Shown here: piece after piece, positions 49,201 through 59,274 of the stretch
Numbering within the stretch: the first letter of the stretch is position 1
Layout of the letters: every line of letters begins with the position of its first letter
From: Chlorobiota bacterium
GTDB taxonomy: Bacteria > Bacteroidota > Ignavibacteria > Kapaibacteriales > UBA2268
DNA length: 64,000 bases
NCBI GenBank assembly: GCA_046290495.1
Contig: JBKAGT010000005.1
Coordinates: 1,602,270 to 1,666,269, forward strand
Direction: 5' to 3'
Translations under genes and position numbers: made by a program
The notes under the pieces: model-generated
What the model saw: only the letters and a program-made list of their open reading frames with translations
Databases searched by the model: none
What the model was told of the DNA's origin: nothing

Positions 49201-50817
49201 CTAATCTGTTACCACTACTTTTTTGGGTTGGACAAATGTATTGAAGTTTTCGTATTCATCTACTGCAGTAAGCGATACACTATATTGACCAGGGATAGTG
49301 TAAGTGTGAGCTGGCTCCATTTCATAGCTATATGTACCATCGCCGAAGTTCCAGATATACCTCACGGCATTCTCTGATGAGTAGTTTTTGAATTGTAAGG
49401 TAAATGGCGCTTGCCCACTGAACACACTAAAGTCAAATGAAGGTCTTAAGAACTTCCTGACTATTACTTTTTGAGTTGTTGTGTCACTCAGATTATATTC
49501 ATTTGTTACTATCTGCGTTACATCGTATTCACCACTTTCTTCGTAAGTGTGAATTGGATTCCTTTCTTCTGATATATTACCATCACCGAAATCCCAACGC
49601 CACTCTTTTATAGCACCATAAGATGAGTCAATGAAAGCGATAGTATTATCATCTAGTAAATGATAGTCAAAACTGGCAGCTACACTATCGAATGTTAATA
49701 TATCAAAATTGTGTTTATACAAATAATTGTTGTCCCCTATAGATAGGAATGAACCATCTTTCAGTTGCCCGATTGGTTGACCCAGATAGTAGTTCTTTTT
49801 ATACCCATCAAAAAGTAATTTGCCTGTTTTATAATGAGAAGTTAATATATTATCGCCACTGATAATCGAAAATGTATGGTATGTTGTATCCACATAAACC
49901 GACATAACATCTGCTCTTCTCTTGAATTCATGCTTATATACAGATTCTAAAGTTCTGTAATTGTAAACATTGATTGAGTCTCCATTGCTCATTACAACTA
50001 AAGAGTCATTTATGATTTTGTTAAAAAAGTTGCTTGTATATGAAGGAATACTTTGAACATGTTCAACTGTATCATATCTCAACCTATATATTTCGTGGTC
50101 TCTTGTTTCATCATCATAACGTTCTGTATATACCTTAGCTATCAAATAATCACTCGTATTATTAATTGAGTAACTATGCAAATTTGGTAACTGAGCATCA
50201 ATAATACTATCTGTTGAACCTTGATATAGTTGCATTCTTCTAGATTTGAGATACCACCCTCTAATTGGAAATCTGCAGTCGAACTGAGTAAGAATTAAAT
50301 TCTCATTCAATACTGATAGATTGCAATAAAACTCATCGTCAAATACTCTATTATCAAATTTACTGTACCATTCTTTGGTTAACTCAGTTTCACCATAGTA
50401 CTTTGTGAGTAATCTACCTTTGATTCCTGAGATAGAATCGTGTAAAAAATACTCTATTATATATAGCTTGTTGGTATCATTTTTTGATAATTGCCAATTT
50501 GAATATTGAATATCAGAATACCAATCACTTTTACCTTTGTTATACTCCATAATGGGCATACTTCTTTTTCTAAATAATGAGCCATCATTTTTGTCAATGT
50601 AATACCCATCAAATCCAACCTTATAGAAATAAAAATTTGTATATTCAGTTATCGATCCATCTCTGGGTAATTTCAAATCACTTCTCTGATGATCCTCTTC
50701 AACTGCCCATTCAGTACTTAGAGAAGAATCTGTCATCACCTCATGAAATATGAAATCTTCAGCACAATAAAGACTACAATATGATAAAAATACTATTATA
50801 AATGCTATTCTATTCAT
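49201..50817 (-). CDS. array family B member 1 (variable N-terminal domain + 2 PKD)
   Basis: 538 aa. The last PKD domain is nearly identical to members 2 and 3. The first PKD and the N-terminal domain are diverged. Confidence 0.75.
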   Translation of the reverse strand: MNRIAFIIVFLSYCSLYCAEDFIFHEVMTDSSLSTEWAVEEDHQRSDLKLPRDGSITEYTNFYFYKVGFDGYYIDKNDGSLFRKRSMPIMEYNKGKSDWYSDIQYSNWQLSKNDTNKLYIIEYFLHDSISGIKGRLLTKYYGETELTKEWYSKFDNRVFDDEFYCNLSVLNENLILTQFDCRFPIRGWYLKSRRMQLYQGSTDSIIDAQLPNLHSYSINNTSDYLIAKVYTERYDDETRDHEIYRLRYDTVEHVQSIPSYTSNFFNKIINDSLVVMSNGDSINVYNYRTLESVYKHEFKRRADVMSVYVDTTYHTFSIISGDNILTSHYKTGKLLFDGYKKNYYLGQPIGQLKDGSFLSIGDNNYLYKHNFDILTFDSVAASFDYHLLDDNTIAFIDSSYGAIKEWRWDFGDGNISEERNPIHTYEESGEYDVTQIVTNEYNLSDTTTQKVIVRKFLRPSFDFSVFSGQAPFTLQFKNYSSENAVRYIWNFGDGTYSYEMEPAHTYTIPGQYSVSLTAVDEYENFNTFVQPKKVVVTD

Positions 50818-52067
50818 TCTATTATCACCTTCTTAATTATGTATTTATTACCTTCAGCGAATTTGAGTATATGCATACCATCCTCTAGTTCAATTGTCCT
50901 CTCATCAATTTGCTTTAAGCTACTTTTTTGTCCCAGATAGTTCGTTGCATTTATTAACTCATATCTATTTTCAAATATTACTTTATTTCCACTGATTGAG
51001 ATTGATGTTTCATTTTCTTGATTTATATTAGTTTGAATGCTTACAAATTTTGCTTTGTAAACTCGTGAGCTATCACATGCTAAATAATACTGGTTGTCAA
51101 AAGTTTGGAATACATGATTTATGAAAGGTATCTCTAAATTTTGGTGTTCTATATTTGTTAACCCTAATTTCGTATTTAAATCATTATAGTCCAACCATGC
51201 CCAATTACCATTTCTAGTCACTATTACCAGTGAACTATCTTTTACCCCTACATACTGAATTGTATCCGAATTAAAGATTATACCTGGGTAGTTTGAGAAT
51301 TCATATAGAACTCCAAGAGATTCAAAAGTGAGACCAGCAGAGTTAATTCTAGGATTATTTCCAGTAAAAATAAGTCCTAATTTGCTAGGAAATATTTGAA
51401 AATTGTAAGATACTTTATACTTAAAAAGTTTATCAGTCACACCAAAATCATCGTATTCAAAACAAAACAATGAGTCTCCGTTGAATGTATAATAATTTAA
51501 CCAATAATCATATGTGTATTCATCGTCAACAAAACCATCTAACACTTTATAGTGACTGGTAGAATACCAATAGTTGCTTTCAGAGTATTTGACAGAATTT
51601 ATAGATCTAGAGTTATAGTTACTAATTGCTTTATATTCAGAAATCATGTCTTTCTTAAAATAACCTATAGTATGCTTTGTTACCACATAATACTCACTGT
51701 AATTTTTCGCTGCCATTTTATTCATACTTAGGCTTGTCTCGTGACTTACATCAAACCAAGTCGCACCATAGTCAAAAGTACGATAAACCAATCCCGAATC
51801 ACCTATAGCAAAAACCGTGTGTGGATCTTTAGAGTACAGTTGGTTCAACTTAGTCTCACTCTTTAGAGCTATGTCCCAGCTGGCACCATCATCGGTGGAG
51901 TGGTAGATTGTATTGCCAGAGCGAACGATTATAGTAGCGCCATAGCCATATACCTCGTCTATGTTTAAGCTGTCATAGGGCAGAACAATAGGGGTGAGTT
52001 CTATCTGCTTCTCGGCAAATAAACCAGAATTAGTTAAAAGAATTGAAACAAAGATTATATACTTCAT
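50814..52067 (-). CDS. array family A member 2
   Basis: 417 aa, similar to member 1 over most of its length. CTD-like tail LINATNYLGQKS...GMHILKFAEGNKYIIKKVIIE. Confidence 0.7.
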   Translation of the reverse strand: MKYIIFVSILLTNSGLFAEKQIELTPIVLPYDSLNIDEVYGYGATIIVRSGNTIYHSTDDGASWDIALKSETKLNQLYSKDPHTVFAIGDSGLVYRTFDYGATWFDVSHETSLSMNKMAAKNYSEYYVVTKHTIGYFKKDMISEYKAISNYNSRSINSVKYSESNYWYSTSHYKVLDGFVDDEYTYDYWLNYYTFNGDSLFCFEYDDFGVTDKLFKYKVSYNFQIFPSKLGLIFTGNNPRINSAGLTFESLGVLYEFSNYPGIIFNSDTIQYVGVKDSSLVIVTRNGNWAWLDYNDLNTKLGLTNIEHQNLEIPFINHVFQTFDNQYYLACDSSRVYKAKFVSIQTNINQENETSISISGNKVIFENRYELINATNYLGQKSSLKQIDERTIELEDGMHILKFAEGNKYIIKKVIIE

Positions 52068-53329
52068 TCTATTATCATCTTTTTAATAAGACACTTATTA
52101 CTCTTGGCGAACTTGAGTATATACATACCTTTTTCTAATTCTATTGTCTTTTCATCTATTTGCTTATAAATGATTTGTTGTCCAAGGTAGTTGTATGCAT
52201 TTATTAACTCATAACCATTTTCCAATACAACACTATTACCCCTGATTGAGATTGATTTTTCATTTTCTTGATTTATACTGGTTGGAATACTTACAAATTT
52301 TGCTTTGTAAACACGAGAACTGTCACATGCTAAATAATATTGATTGTCATAAGTTTGGAATACATGGTTGATATTAGGAGTACCGAGTTCACTATATTCT
52401 ACCTCATCTGGAGAAACAAAATCTTCTTCAATTTCTGTGTAGTGCATCCAAACCCAAAGGCCATGTTTAGTGATCACATTCAAAGTATCATTTGTTAAAT
52501 CTATATGATTGATAGTATCTCCTTTTATCATCATACCTCCAGCATCACCATAATGCTCATACAGCGAAAATAATCTACCGAAAGAAATTCCTGCTGAATG
52601 AACGTCAGGACTATTTCCTGTGAAAAGTATTCCATATTCTGTTGGAAAAATATTAAAGTTATAGGAAATATATCTATCAAATTTATCCTCTGGCACCCTA
52701 TATTCGTCATGCTTGAAAGAATGAAGTACTTCTCCCGTAAATTGATAGTATGGCAACCAAAACTCATTATAAGTTTCCCTTACTAAATCATCATATTCAC
52801 AGTACTTATAAAAATCTGTACAATACCAATACCCAGTTTTAGCGTATTTTAAAGAAAAGATAGTTTTATAACTATAATTACTAATTGCTTTATATTCCGA
52901 AAACATGTCTTTCTTGAAATAACCTATAGTATGCTTAGTTACAACAAAATACTCGCTGTGATCTTTCGCTGCCATTTTATTCATACTTAGGTTTGTCTCG
53001 TGACTAACATCAAACCAAGTCGCTCCATAATCAAAAGTACGATACACCAATCCCGAATCACCGATAGCAAATACTGTATGCGGGTCTTTGGAGTAGAGTT
53101 GGTTCAGCTTGGTGCTGCTCTCTAGGGCTATATCCCAGCTGGCTCCATCATCGGTGGAGTGGTATATGCTATTTCCTGAGCGAGCGATTATGGTCGCTCC
53201 ATAGCCATAGACCTCATCTATGTTCAAACTGTCATACGGCAGCACAATAGGGGTAAGCTCTATTTGCTTTTCGGCACTAGATGTTGAAAAGGTAAGAATA
53301 AATAAAAATGTAAGTAGTGTAGTCTTCAT
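52064..53329 (-). CDS. array family A member 1 (first gene of the array)
   Basis: The ORF track starts at 53374. The ATG at 53329 gives MKTTLLTFLFILTFSTSSA|EKQIEL..., matching the signal-peptide starts of all other A members. Confidence 0.7.
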   Translation of the reverse strand: MKTTLLTFLFILTFSTSSAEKQIELTPIVLPYDSLNIDEVYGYGATIIARSGNSIYHSTDDGASWDIALESSTKLNQLYSKDPHTVFAIGDSGLVYRTFDYGATWFDVSHETNLSMNKMAAKDHSEYFVVTKHTIGYFKKDMFSEYKAISNYSYKTIFSLKYAKTGYWYCTDFYKYCEYDDLVRETYNEFWLPYYQFTGEVLHSFKHDEYRVPEDKFDRYISYNFNIFPTEYGILFTGNSPDVHSAGISFGRLFSLYEHYGDAGGMMIKGDTINHIDLTNDTLNVITKHGLWVWMHYTEIEEDFVSPDEVEYSELGTPNINHVFQTYDNQYYLACDSSRVYKAKFVSIPTSINQENEKSISIRGNSVVLENGYELINAYNYLGQQIIYKQIDEKTIELEKGMYILKFAKSNKCLIKKMIIE

Positions 53330-53449
53330 ATTTTTAAAGACACATGAACACCAAAAACGTCTCCAAGATGACAAAGTTTTTTTAATCCATCCTATTTCTA
53401 TAATAATTTTCTTTTTGTAGTTTGTGTGCTTAGATAAACATATTTAATT

Positions 53450-54211
53450 TTGAATATGAAAGTTATTACACTACTTGTCATGTTAATATTACCATTTAGT
53501 ATCTTTTCAGAAGAGCAAGATTTGGTAGAGCACACAATCACGTTCAAGTCTCAGTTTAACCAATACAAGGATGAGCTAAACTATGGGTTAGTTTATAGTG
53601 GTGTTAACTTGGGAGTGGGCTATACCTATCTTCAAAGTAATGAAAATGCTCTTTTTGAATACTCACCAGAGCTTGGTTTCGGTGCTAGTTTTAATAAAGG
53701 TATCGGCGTAGCTTGGAGGCTCAGACCTATAGATATAAACTATGGTTGGACTGTTACTGATATTGATAACAAACCATTCTATTTGGGGATGTATGTTCAG
53801 ACTAATTACGGCGTACAACTCTATCCAGAGCTACGTAGTGGTCATTCTGCCTGGATGACTAGTTTCGAAATTGGGCCTATGGTATCATTCATACTCAATA
53901 TTCTAGAAAGAGATATTAATATAAACTTCACTACTTCTGTAGCAGGTGTAACTTCCAGACCAGAGCTACAGCCTGAGAGCCATTTTTATTCTCTTTCTCT
54001 AAATGATTTTATCAAAGATGCTCATAGCAATCTTGAGTTCGGAATGTCTAACAAATTCTACCATACACAATTGGGACTGACTTTATTAAGGGAAACAGAT
54101 GAAAGATTTTCTTTCGGATATGAGCTAGAAATTTTCTCCTATTACCAAACACCATCTTTTCACTTTGTTAACCATTCGTTGAATTTTAACCTGATTATAG
54201 GTGAATTATGA
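53450..54211 (+). CDS. hypothetical secreted protein (possibly outer-membrane beta-barrel)
   Basis: 253 aa with signal peptide and an alternating Gly/aromatic-rich pattern. Its stop overlaps the next start (ATGA). Confidence 0.5.
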   Translation: MNMKVITLLVMLILPFSIFSEEQDLVEHTITFKSQFNQYKDELNYGLVYSGVNLGVGYTYLQSNENALFEYSPELGFGASFNKGIGVAWRLRPIDINYGWTVTDIDNKPFYLGMYVQTNYGVQLYPELRSGHSAWMTSFEIGPMVSFILNILERDININFTTSVAGVTSRPELQPESHFYSLSLNDFIKDAHSNLEFGMSNKFYHTQLGLTLLRETDERFSFGYELEIFSYYQTPSFHFVNHSLNFNLIIGEL

Positions 54212-55302
54212 AACTAAGTAAGTTATATTTACTCCTTCTATTGGTACTAATATCTAATGGTTGCTTGGTAAATGATGAGCTAAACAAACCTTATGAAAGT
54301 TTTGTTCCTCAGGACATTGGTGATGGCTTAGAAATTTCAACTCCATCTGAGGAAAATATTGACCCAGATGCTCTAGAACAAATATACATAGAATTATATG
54401 ATGCTGAAGATTTATGGTCATTGAGAAGTATGTTGGTTTTCAGAAACGGTAAATTAGTTGCCGAATCATATCTGAAGGACGAAAACCACATTGTCGAAAA
54501 GAACTTAATATGGTCATGCACAAAACAAGTAATGGGAGTCTTGACTGGAATAGCACTCGAGCAACAATTAATATCAAGACTTTCGGATTCAATAGGTACT
54601 TATCTCAATTTCACTGAATCTTCTCAGTCAGAAAAGTATGGCATTACGATAGAGGATTTACTAACTATGAGATCAGGCATTGGATATAGTAATGATGGAT
54701 TAGGAGGAGAGACTGACTTGCTATTAAGAAAGATTCCGGAAAAAATGACAGAATTCATACTTGATTTGCCACAGAAATATATACCAGGAAAGGAATTTGA
54801 TTATAAAGATGGCGACCCAAATCTACTCTCTGCAGTAATACAAAATATGGCAAAAAAACCTACCGACGAGTGGGCTAACGAAGTGCTGTTTAGCAAAATT
54901 GGTTTCAAAAATTATGATTGGGTGAGATACAAAGACGGAACTACTTTTGGTGGCTTCGGTTTAGTTACTACTCCACGTGAATTATCAAAAATCGCACAAT
55001 TAGTAGCTGACAGTGGGCGATGGAAAGGAGAACAAATAGTTAGTTCAGACTGGATTAACTCTATGCTTAGTGAGCAAGCCAATGTAAAAGACTCTGACTT
55101 TTCATTTGGATATTATTGGTGGTTAGATAAAACAAGGAATATTCAATTCATGTGGGGACACGGTGGTCAATTTGCATTCATTGTGCCAGATAAAGATATG
55201 ATTGTAGTGATGACATCTATACCAAACACACAAGGCGATTACCAAATAGATGCAAACGAAGCACTAAAAGTTGTAGATAAGATAATAGAAATTAGTCAAT
55301 AG
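54208..55302 (+). CDS. beta-lactamase-family serine hydrolase lipoprotein
   Basis: 364 aa with lipobox (ISNGC). S-x-x-K motif (SCTK), Y-S-N motif, and an HGG motif near the C-terminus, as in PF00144-type hydrolases. Confidence 0.8.
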   Translation: MKLSKLYLLLLLVLISNGCLVNDELNKPYESFVPQDIGDGLEISTPSEENIDPDALEQIYIELYDAEDLWSLRSMLVFRNGKLVAESYLKDENHIVEKNLIWSCTKQVMGVLTGIALEQQLISRLSDSIGTYLNFTESSQSEKYGITIEDLLTMRSGIGYSNDGLGGETDLLLRKIPEKMTEFILDLPQKYIPGKEFDYKDGDPNLLSAVIQNMAKKPTDEWANEVLFSKIGFKNYDWVRYKDGTTFGGFGLVTTPRELSKIAQLVADSGRWKGEQIVSSDWINSMLSEQANVKDSDFSFGYYWWLDKTRNIQFMWGHGGQFAFIVPDKDMIVVMTSIPNTQGDYQIDANEALKVVDKIIEISQ

Positions 55303-55308
55303 GAATTA

Positions 55309-56109
55309 TTAGGACTTAACCTTTCCAGCTATATACATTTCTTCCATAGTAGGTGATTCTACACCACCAGCTTTTTCCAAAGTAACTGCAAACATAACGG
55401 AGGTGTTTGCTGAGCCAATTTTACGGATTTCTTTTCTGCCATCAGCATCGAATACACCGACACTAATTGGTTGACCTCTATCAGAGATTGTCCATAACTG
55501 ATATTGCTTGCCTTCAGGGTTTTTAGGAAGAGCTTTCACGTCTAAGTACACTTCATCATTCTCTTTGTCCCATATCGCGTAGGCAACCGATTCAGGTGAT
55601 TTATCTTTTAGTCCACTTAGCTTCACAATTTCAGAATTTGGTAAGGAATAGATTTCATTGTTTTGGTTTAGTATATCCTTCAGCTCAGTGAAATCTTGCA
55701 CTATATTTTGATTCATAGAGTTCAGCTCAGCTATCTCTTGTTCAGCATTGCTAAGTTGATTGCTAGTATCAACTGCCCAGAATATAGCTCCAGCCGCAAC
55801 AAATACAAACACGGCAGCAACCAATGTGCTCACACTAAACCCACTAGATTTAGCTTCATCAATTGATATGATTTTGCTCTCTTTCTCTGCTATTGCGGTC
55901 CAAATCTGATCTTTCAATTTTGGATCCGGAGGAGTAGCACCTAGCTCAGCCATTATACTCAAACTAGCAGCTGCACTCTCAACTTCACTAGCTAACTGCG
56001 GATAAGTCTTTGCAAGACACTCCACTTCAGCGCGTTCTTGCTTAGTAATCTCACCGAGTACATATCGCTCTATTGCTCCTGATTCTATGTATTGTTGTAT
56101 ATCTATCAT
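55309..56109 (-). CDS. anti-sigma factor (RskA-like C-terminal domain)
   Basis: 266 aa. N-terminal anti-sigma helix region, one TM segment, and a C-terminal KQYQLWTISDRGQPISVGVF block. Overlaps the ECF sigma gene stop (ATGA). Confidence 0.75.
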   Translation of the reverse strand: MIDIQQYIESGAIERYVLGEITKQERAEVECLAKTYPQLASEVESAAASLSIMAELGATPPDPKLKDQIWTAIAEKESKIISIDEAKSSGFSVSTLVAAVFVFVAAGAIFWAVDTSNQLSNAEQEIAELNSMNQNIVQDFTELKDILNQNNEIYSLPNSEIVKLSGLKDKSPESVAYAIWDKENDEVYLDVKALPKNPEGKQYQLWTISDRGQPISVGVFDADGRKEIRKIGSANTSVMFAVTLEKAGGVESPTMEEMYIAGKVKS

Positions 56110-56636
56110 GGATATATTTTTCTTAATTCTCTTAATGCAATTCTAATTTTAGACTTTACTGTACCTATTGGCATATCTAACTTTTCAGATATATCACTGT
56201 GCGAAAAACCATAGTAATAAGATAGCTTCAGCACTTCTTTGTGATCATCGTCCAATTCGTCCAGTGTTTCCCAAAGCTCTTTGTTCGCTCTTTTTATCTC
56301 TGGATTTGTCTCTGTATCTATATTTACGTTCAAAGTATCAAATTGGATTTTTCTGCTCTCTTGGCCGTAGCGTATCTTATCTATTGCGCCATTTCTAGTT
56401 ATGTTGAGCATCCAGGTAAAAAGCGAGCCTCGGTCTGGGTTGAATCTGTCAATATTTTTATAAACTTTTACAAAAGACTCTTGCAAGACATCCTCTGCTA
56501 TATCTTTCTTCTGAGTGATATGCAAAGCAATACCGTAGAGCTTGTCGGAGTAATTATCATATAGATAATTGTACGTCGCCCTATCTTTGGTTTTTAATCC
56601 TGCTACAATTTCTTTTATATTTTTTTCTTTTTGCAT
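56106..56636 (-). CDS. ECF (RpoE-like) RNA polymerase sigma factor
   Basis: 176 aa. Region 2 (DVLQESFVKVYKNIDRF) and region 4 HTH (SHSDISEKLDMPIGTVKSKI). Confidence 0.9.
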   Translation of the reverse strand: MQKEKNIKEIVAGLKTKDRATYNYLYDNYSDKLYGIALHITQKKDIAEDVLQESFVKVYKNIDRFNPDRGSLFTWMLNITRNGAIDKIRYGQESRKIQFDTLNVNIDTETNPEIKRANKELWETLDELDDDHKEVLKLSYYYGFSHSDISEKLDMPIGTVKSKIRIALRELRKIYP

Positions 56637-56677
56637 TATTAGTCAAACTAACTAAATATATAATGCTAAACAAAAAA

Positions 56678-56700
56678 AAGGAGCTGATATTCAGCTCCTT
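56678..56700 (-). terminator. terminator hairpin aaggagctga-tat-tcagctcctt (after the LamG gene)
   Basis: Perfect 10-bp stem. On the minus strand it is followed by a T8 run. Confidence 0.75.
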
Positions 56701-56725
56701 TATTTGTAATCTAATTAAAATATTC

Positions 56726-57499
56726 TTAGTCAACTTCATTCTCGCAATCATCTCTTGCTAATTTCTGGATTTCATCAATATCTAAAACTCTGTCAAAAAT
56801 ATAAACTTCATCAAGTTTCCCATGGAATGTACTTAAGTTGTTTTGTCTTGCACCAAATGTTAAATCAGTATAAGCATCTGTAGGAGTATCCATATTTTCC
56901 ATAACTCCAACGAGCAAACCATTGATATATAGCATACCTCTGCCATTGTCAAAAGTAGAAGTCAAGTTTACCCACTGCTCCAGAGGCACATCGATGTTCG
57001 AATACACAGTAGTGTTTCTATCATCATAAGTTCCCAAATAGAATTTTCCATTTCCTGTTACACCGTGTACATAAGCCGATTCTGTTCTGTTACCTGCTCC
57101 CCACTTCGAAATAAATTCGTAGTCTTGTACGGAAGAGTTCCCATAAGTTTTTTCTACATATACCCATGATGAAATAGAAAAGGTATTTGTCAAATCAAGT
57201 AGAGGTTGGTCCGCTATTCTTACAGTTTGTATTTCAGCGATGCTTTCGCTATCAAACATTGCTGCCTTGTAGCTTTCGCTATGCATATTTTCTGTGAACT
57301 TTGTATTATATAGTACACCATCTAAATTATTTCCACTAAAATCCAAACCATTGCTATCTAGTGGCCAATATCCGACTAATCCATCAGTTATAATAGGTCC
57401 TGAGTCATCAACTGGGTTGGTTCCATTGTCTTTTTTCCTACATCCAAATGCTAATAATGCAAGAAATAATATTGAGACTATTTTCATAATCCTCTCCAT
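56726..57499 (-). CDS. LamG-domain (concanavalin A-like lectin) lipoprotein
   Basis: 257 aa with lipobox (AFGC). LVGYWPLDSNGLDFSGNN, FSISSWVY and GKLDEVYIFDRVL are typical of Laminin_G_3-type domains. Confidence 0.7.
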   Translation of the reverse strand: MERIMKIVSILFLALLAFGCRKKDNGTNPVDDSGPIITDGLVGYWPLDSNGLDFSGNNLDGVLYNTKFTENMHSESYKAAMFDSESIAEIQTVRIADQPLLDLTNTFSISSWVYVEKTYGNSSVQDYEFISKWGAGNRTESAYVHGVTGNGKFYLGTYDDRNTTVYSNIDVPLEQWVNLTSTFDNGRGMLYINGLLVGVMENMDTPTDAYTDLTFGARQNNLSTFHGKLDEVYIFDRVLDIDEIQKLARDDCENEVD

Positions 57500-57565
57500 A
57501 ATATTGTTGTTATAATAATTGTTATTATCCTAAGATATGAATTTTAAGGTAATTAACAAAAAAAA

Positions 57566-57588
57566 AGGAGCTGAAAATCAGCTCCTTT
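57566..57588 (-). terminator. terminator hairpin aaggagctga-aaa-tcagctcctt (after lysS)
   Basis: Same 10-bp stem as 56678..56700. On the minus strand it is followed by a T9 run. Confidence 0.75.
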
Positions 57589-57614
57589 TCGAATAAATCT
57601 TATTTATACTATCC

Positions 57615-59114
57615 CTATTTCTCTGGCTTCATCTGAGGGAAGAATAGCACATCGCGGATAGATTTTTGAGCTGTTAGTAGCATAACCAATCTATCAATAC
57701 CAATACCCAAACCAGCTGCAGGAGGCATACCGATTTCAAGCGATTGCAAGAAATCTTCGTCCAATACCATTGCCTCGTCATCGCCGCCAGCTTTGGCTCT
57801 TGCTTGCTCCTCGAATCTTTGTCTTTGGTCGCGTGGGTCGTTCAGCTCGCTGAATGCATTTGCCATTTCCGAACCATTGATAAATAGCTCAAACCTCTCT
57901 ACTAAGCCCTCTTCTTCTCTGTGCTTTTTGGCAAGTGGACTCATCTCAAGCGGATAGTCAATAACGAATGTTGGCTGAATCAGCTTAGGTTCAACATATT
58001 CACCAAATATCTCGTCTAATACCTTAGATGATGACGCACCCGGCTCTATATCTACGTTAAGCTCTTTTGCAATTGCTTTTAGCTCGTCTAGTGATTTACC
58101 TTTAAGGTCTTTACCTGTAGCATCTTCAATTAATTGGAAGAATGGTTTACGCGGGAATTTCTCTGACAAATCAATTTCAATATCATCAAAATTGATCTTC
58201 ATCTCACCATTCACCTCATTAGCTATGTGCTTTATCAGCCCTTCGGTCATGTCCATCATCCAGTTGAAATCCTTGTAAGCTACATAGATTTCCATCATCG
58301 TAAACTCAGGATTGTGGCTTCTGTCCATACCCTCGTTGCGGAAGTTTTTGCTTATCTCGTATACACCTTCGAATCCACCAACTAACAATCGTTTTAGGTA
58401 TAGCTCAAGGGCAATACGCATATACAAATCAGTGTCCAAAGTGTTGTGATGAGTAATGAACGGACGCGCTGCTGCACCACCATAAAGCGGTTGCAAGATA
58501 GGAGTCTCAACTTCCAACCAGCCGTGGTCATCGAAGTAACGACGCATAGAAGCAATTATCTTTGAGCGTTTGATAAATACATCTCTTACATCACTATTCA
58601 CAACCAAATCAATATAGCGTTTTCTATATCTAAGCTCTTTGTCAGCAAAGGCATCGTGAACAATCTTATTACCATCTTCATCTATTTCTTCTTTTGCAAT
58701 AGGTAGTGGCATTAGAGATTTGGATAGAAGCACTGCTTCCTTTCCATAAACAGAAGTTTCCTTTGTCTTAGTTTTGAATACATGCCCCTTTACACCGATG
58801 AAATCACCAATATCAAGCAGGTCCAAAATCTCGTAAAATTCAGGAACGTCATTTTTTCTGATATAAAGTTGAATTCTACCACTTTGGTCCATCAGGTGTA
58901 AGAACGACGCCTTACCCATTCTTCTTATGCTCATTATCCTGCCAGCAACTGCTACAGATTCGAATTCCTCTGGCTTTTCTTCATCAAAATTTTCTTTGAT
59001 TTCAGTAGCACTATGAGTTTTATCAAATGAATAGGGGTAGGGATTTATACCTTTTTCTTCTATTTCAACTAATTCTTCTTCTCTACGAAGCTGTTGGTCA
59101 TTTTTCTTTGCCAT
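57615..59114 (-). CDS. lysS: lysine--tRNA ligase (class II)
   Basis: 499 aa with an OB-fold N-domain and class II motifs (..FRNEG.., ..GIGIDRLVM..). Confidence 0.97.
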   Translation of the reverse strand: MAKKNDQQLRREEELVEIEEKGINPYPYSFDKTHSATEIKENFDEEKPEEFESVAVAGRIMSIRRMGKASFLHLMDQSGRIQLYIRKNDVPEFYEILDLLDIGDFIGVKGHVFKTKTKETSVYGKEAVLLSKSLMPLPIAKEEIDEDGNKIVHDAFADKELRYRKRYIDLVVNSDVRDVFIKRSKIIASMRRYFDDHGWLEVETPILQPLYGGAAARPFITHHNTLDTDLYMRIALELYLKRLLVGGFEGVYEISKNFRNEGMDRSHNPEFTMMEIYVAYKDFNWMMDMTEGLIKHIANEVNGEMKINFDDIEIDLSEKFPRKPFFQLIEDATGKDLKGKSLDELKAIAKELNVDIEPGASSSKVLDEIFGEYVEPKLIQPTFVIDYPLEMSPLAKKHREEEGLVERFELFINGSEMANAFSELNDPRDQRQRFEEQARAKAGGDDEAMVLDEDFLQSLEIGMPPAAGLGIGIDRLVMLLTAQKSIRDVLFFPQMKPEK

Positions 59115-59274
59115 TTAACTAATTTTTTATGTTTTTGTACGTGATTAGATTATGAGGTGCAAAATTAGTAATTATTTTATGTTTTTATAGCTATTTTGCT
59201 TATATTTATTACACAATTTTGTAATTTTACAATCACTTAGCGTAATTATTATTAATAAATCAATTAGGAAATCT

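Noticed and set aside
42225-53374. Diversity-generating retroelement (DGR), or an IS/MITE explanation, for the variable/invariant block pattern in the array
   Set aside because: No reverse-transcriptase gene, template/variable repeat pair with adenine-specific mismatches, transposase or terminal inverted repeats are visible. The conserved blocks are in-frame coding sequence, and the variable parts differ far too much for DGR mutagenesis.
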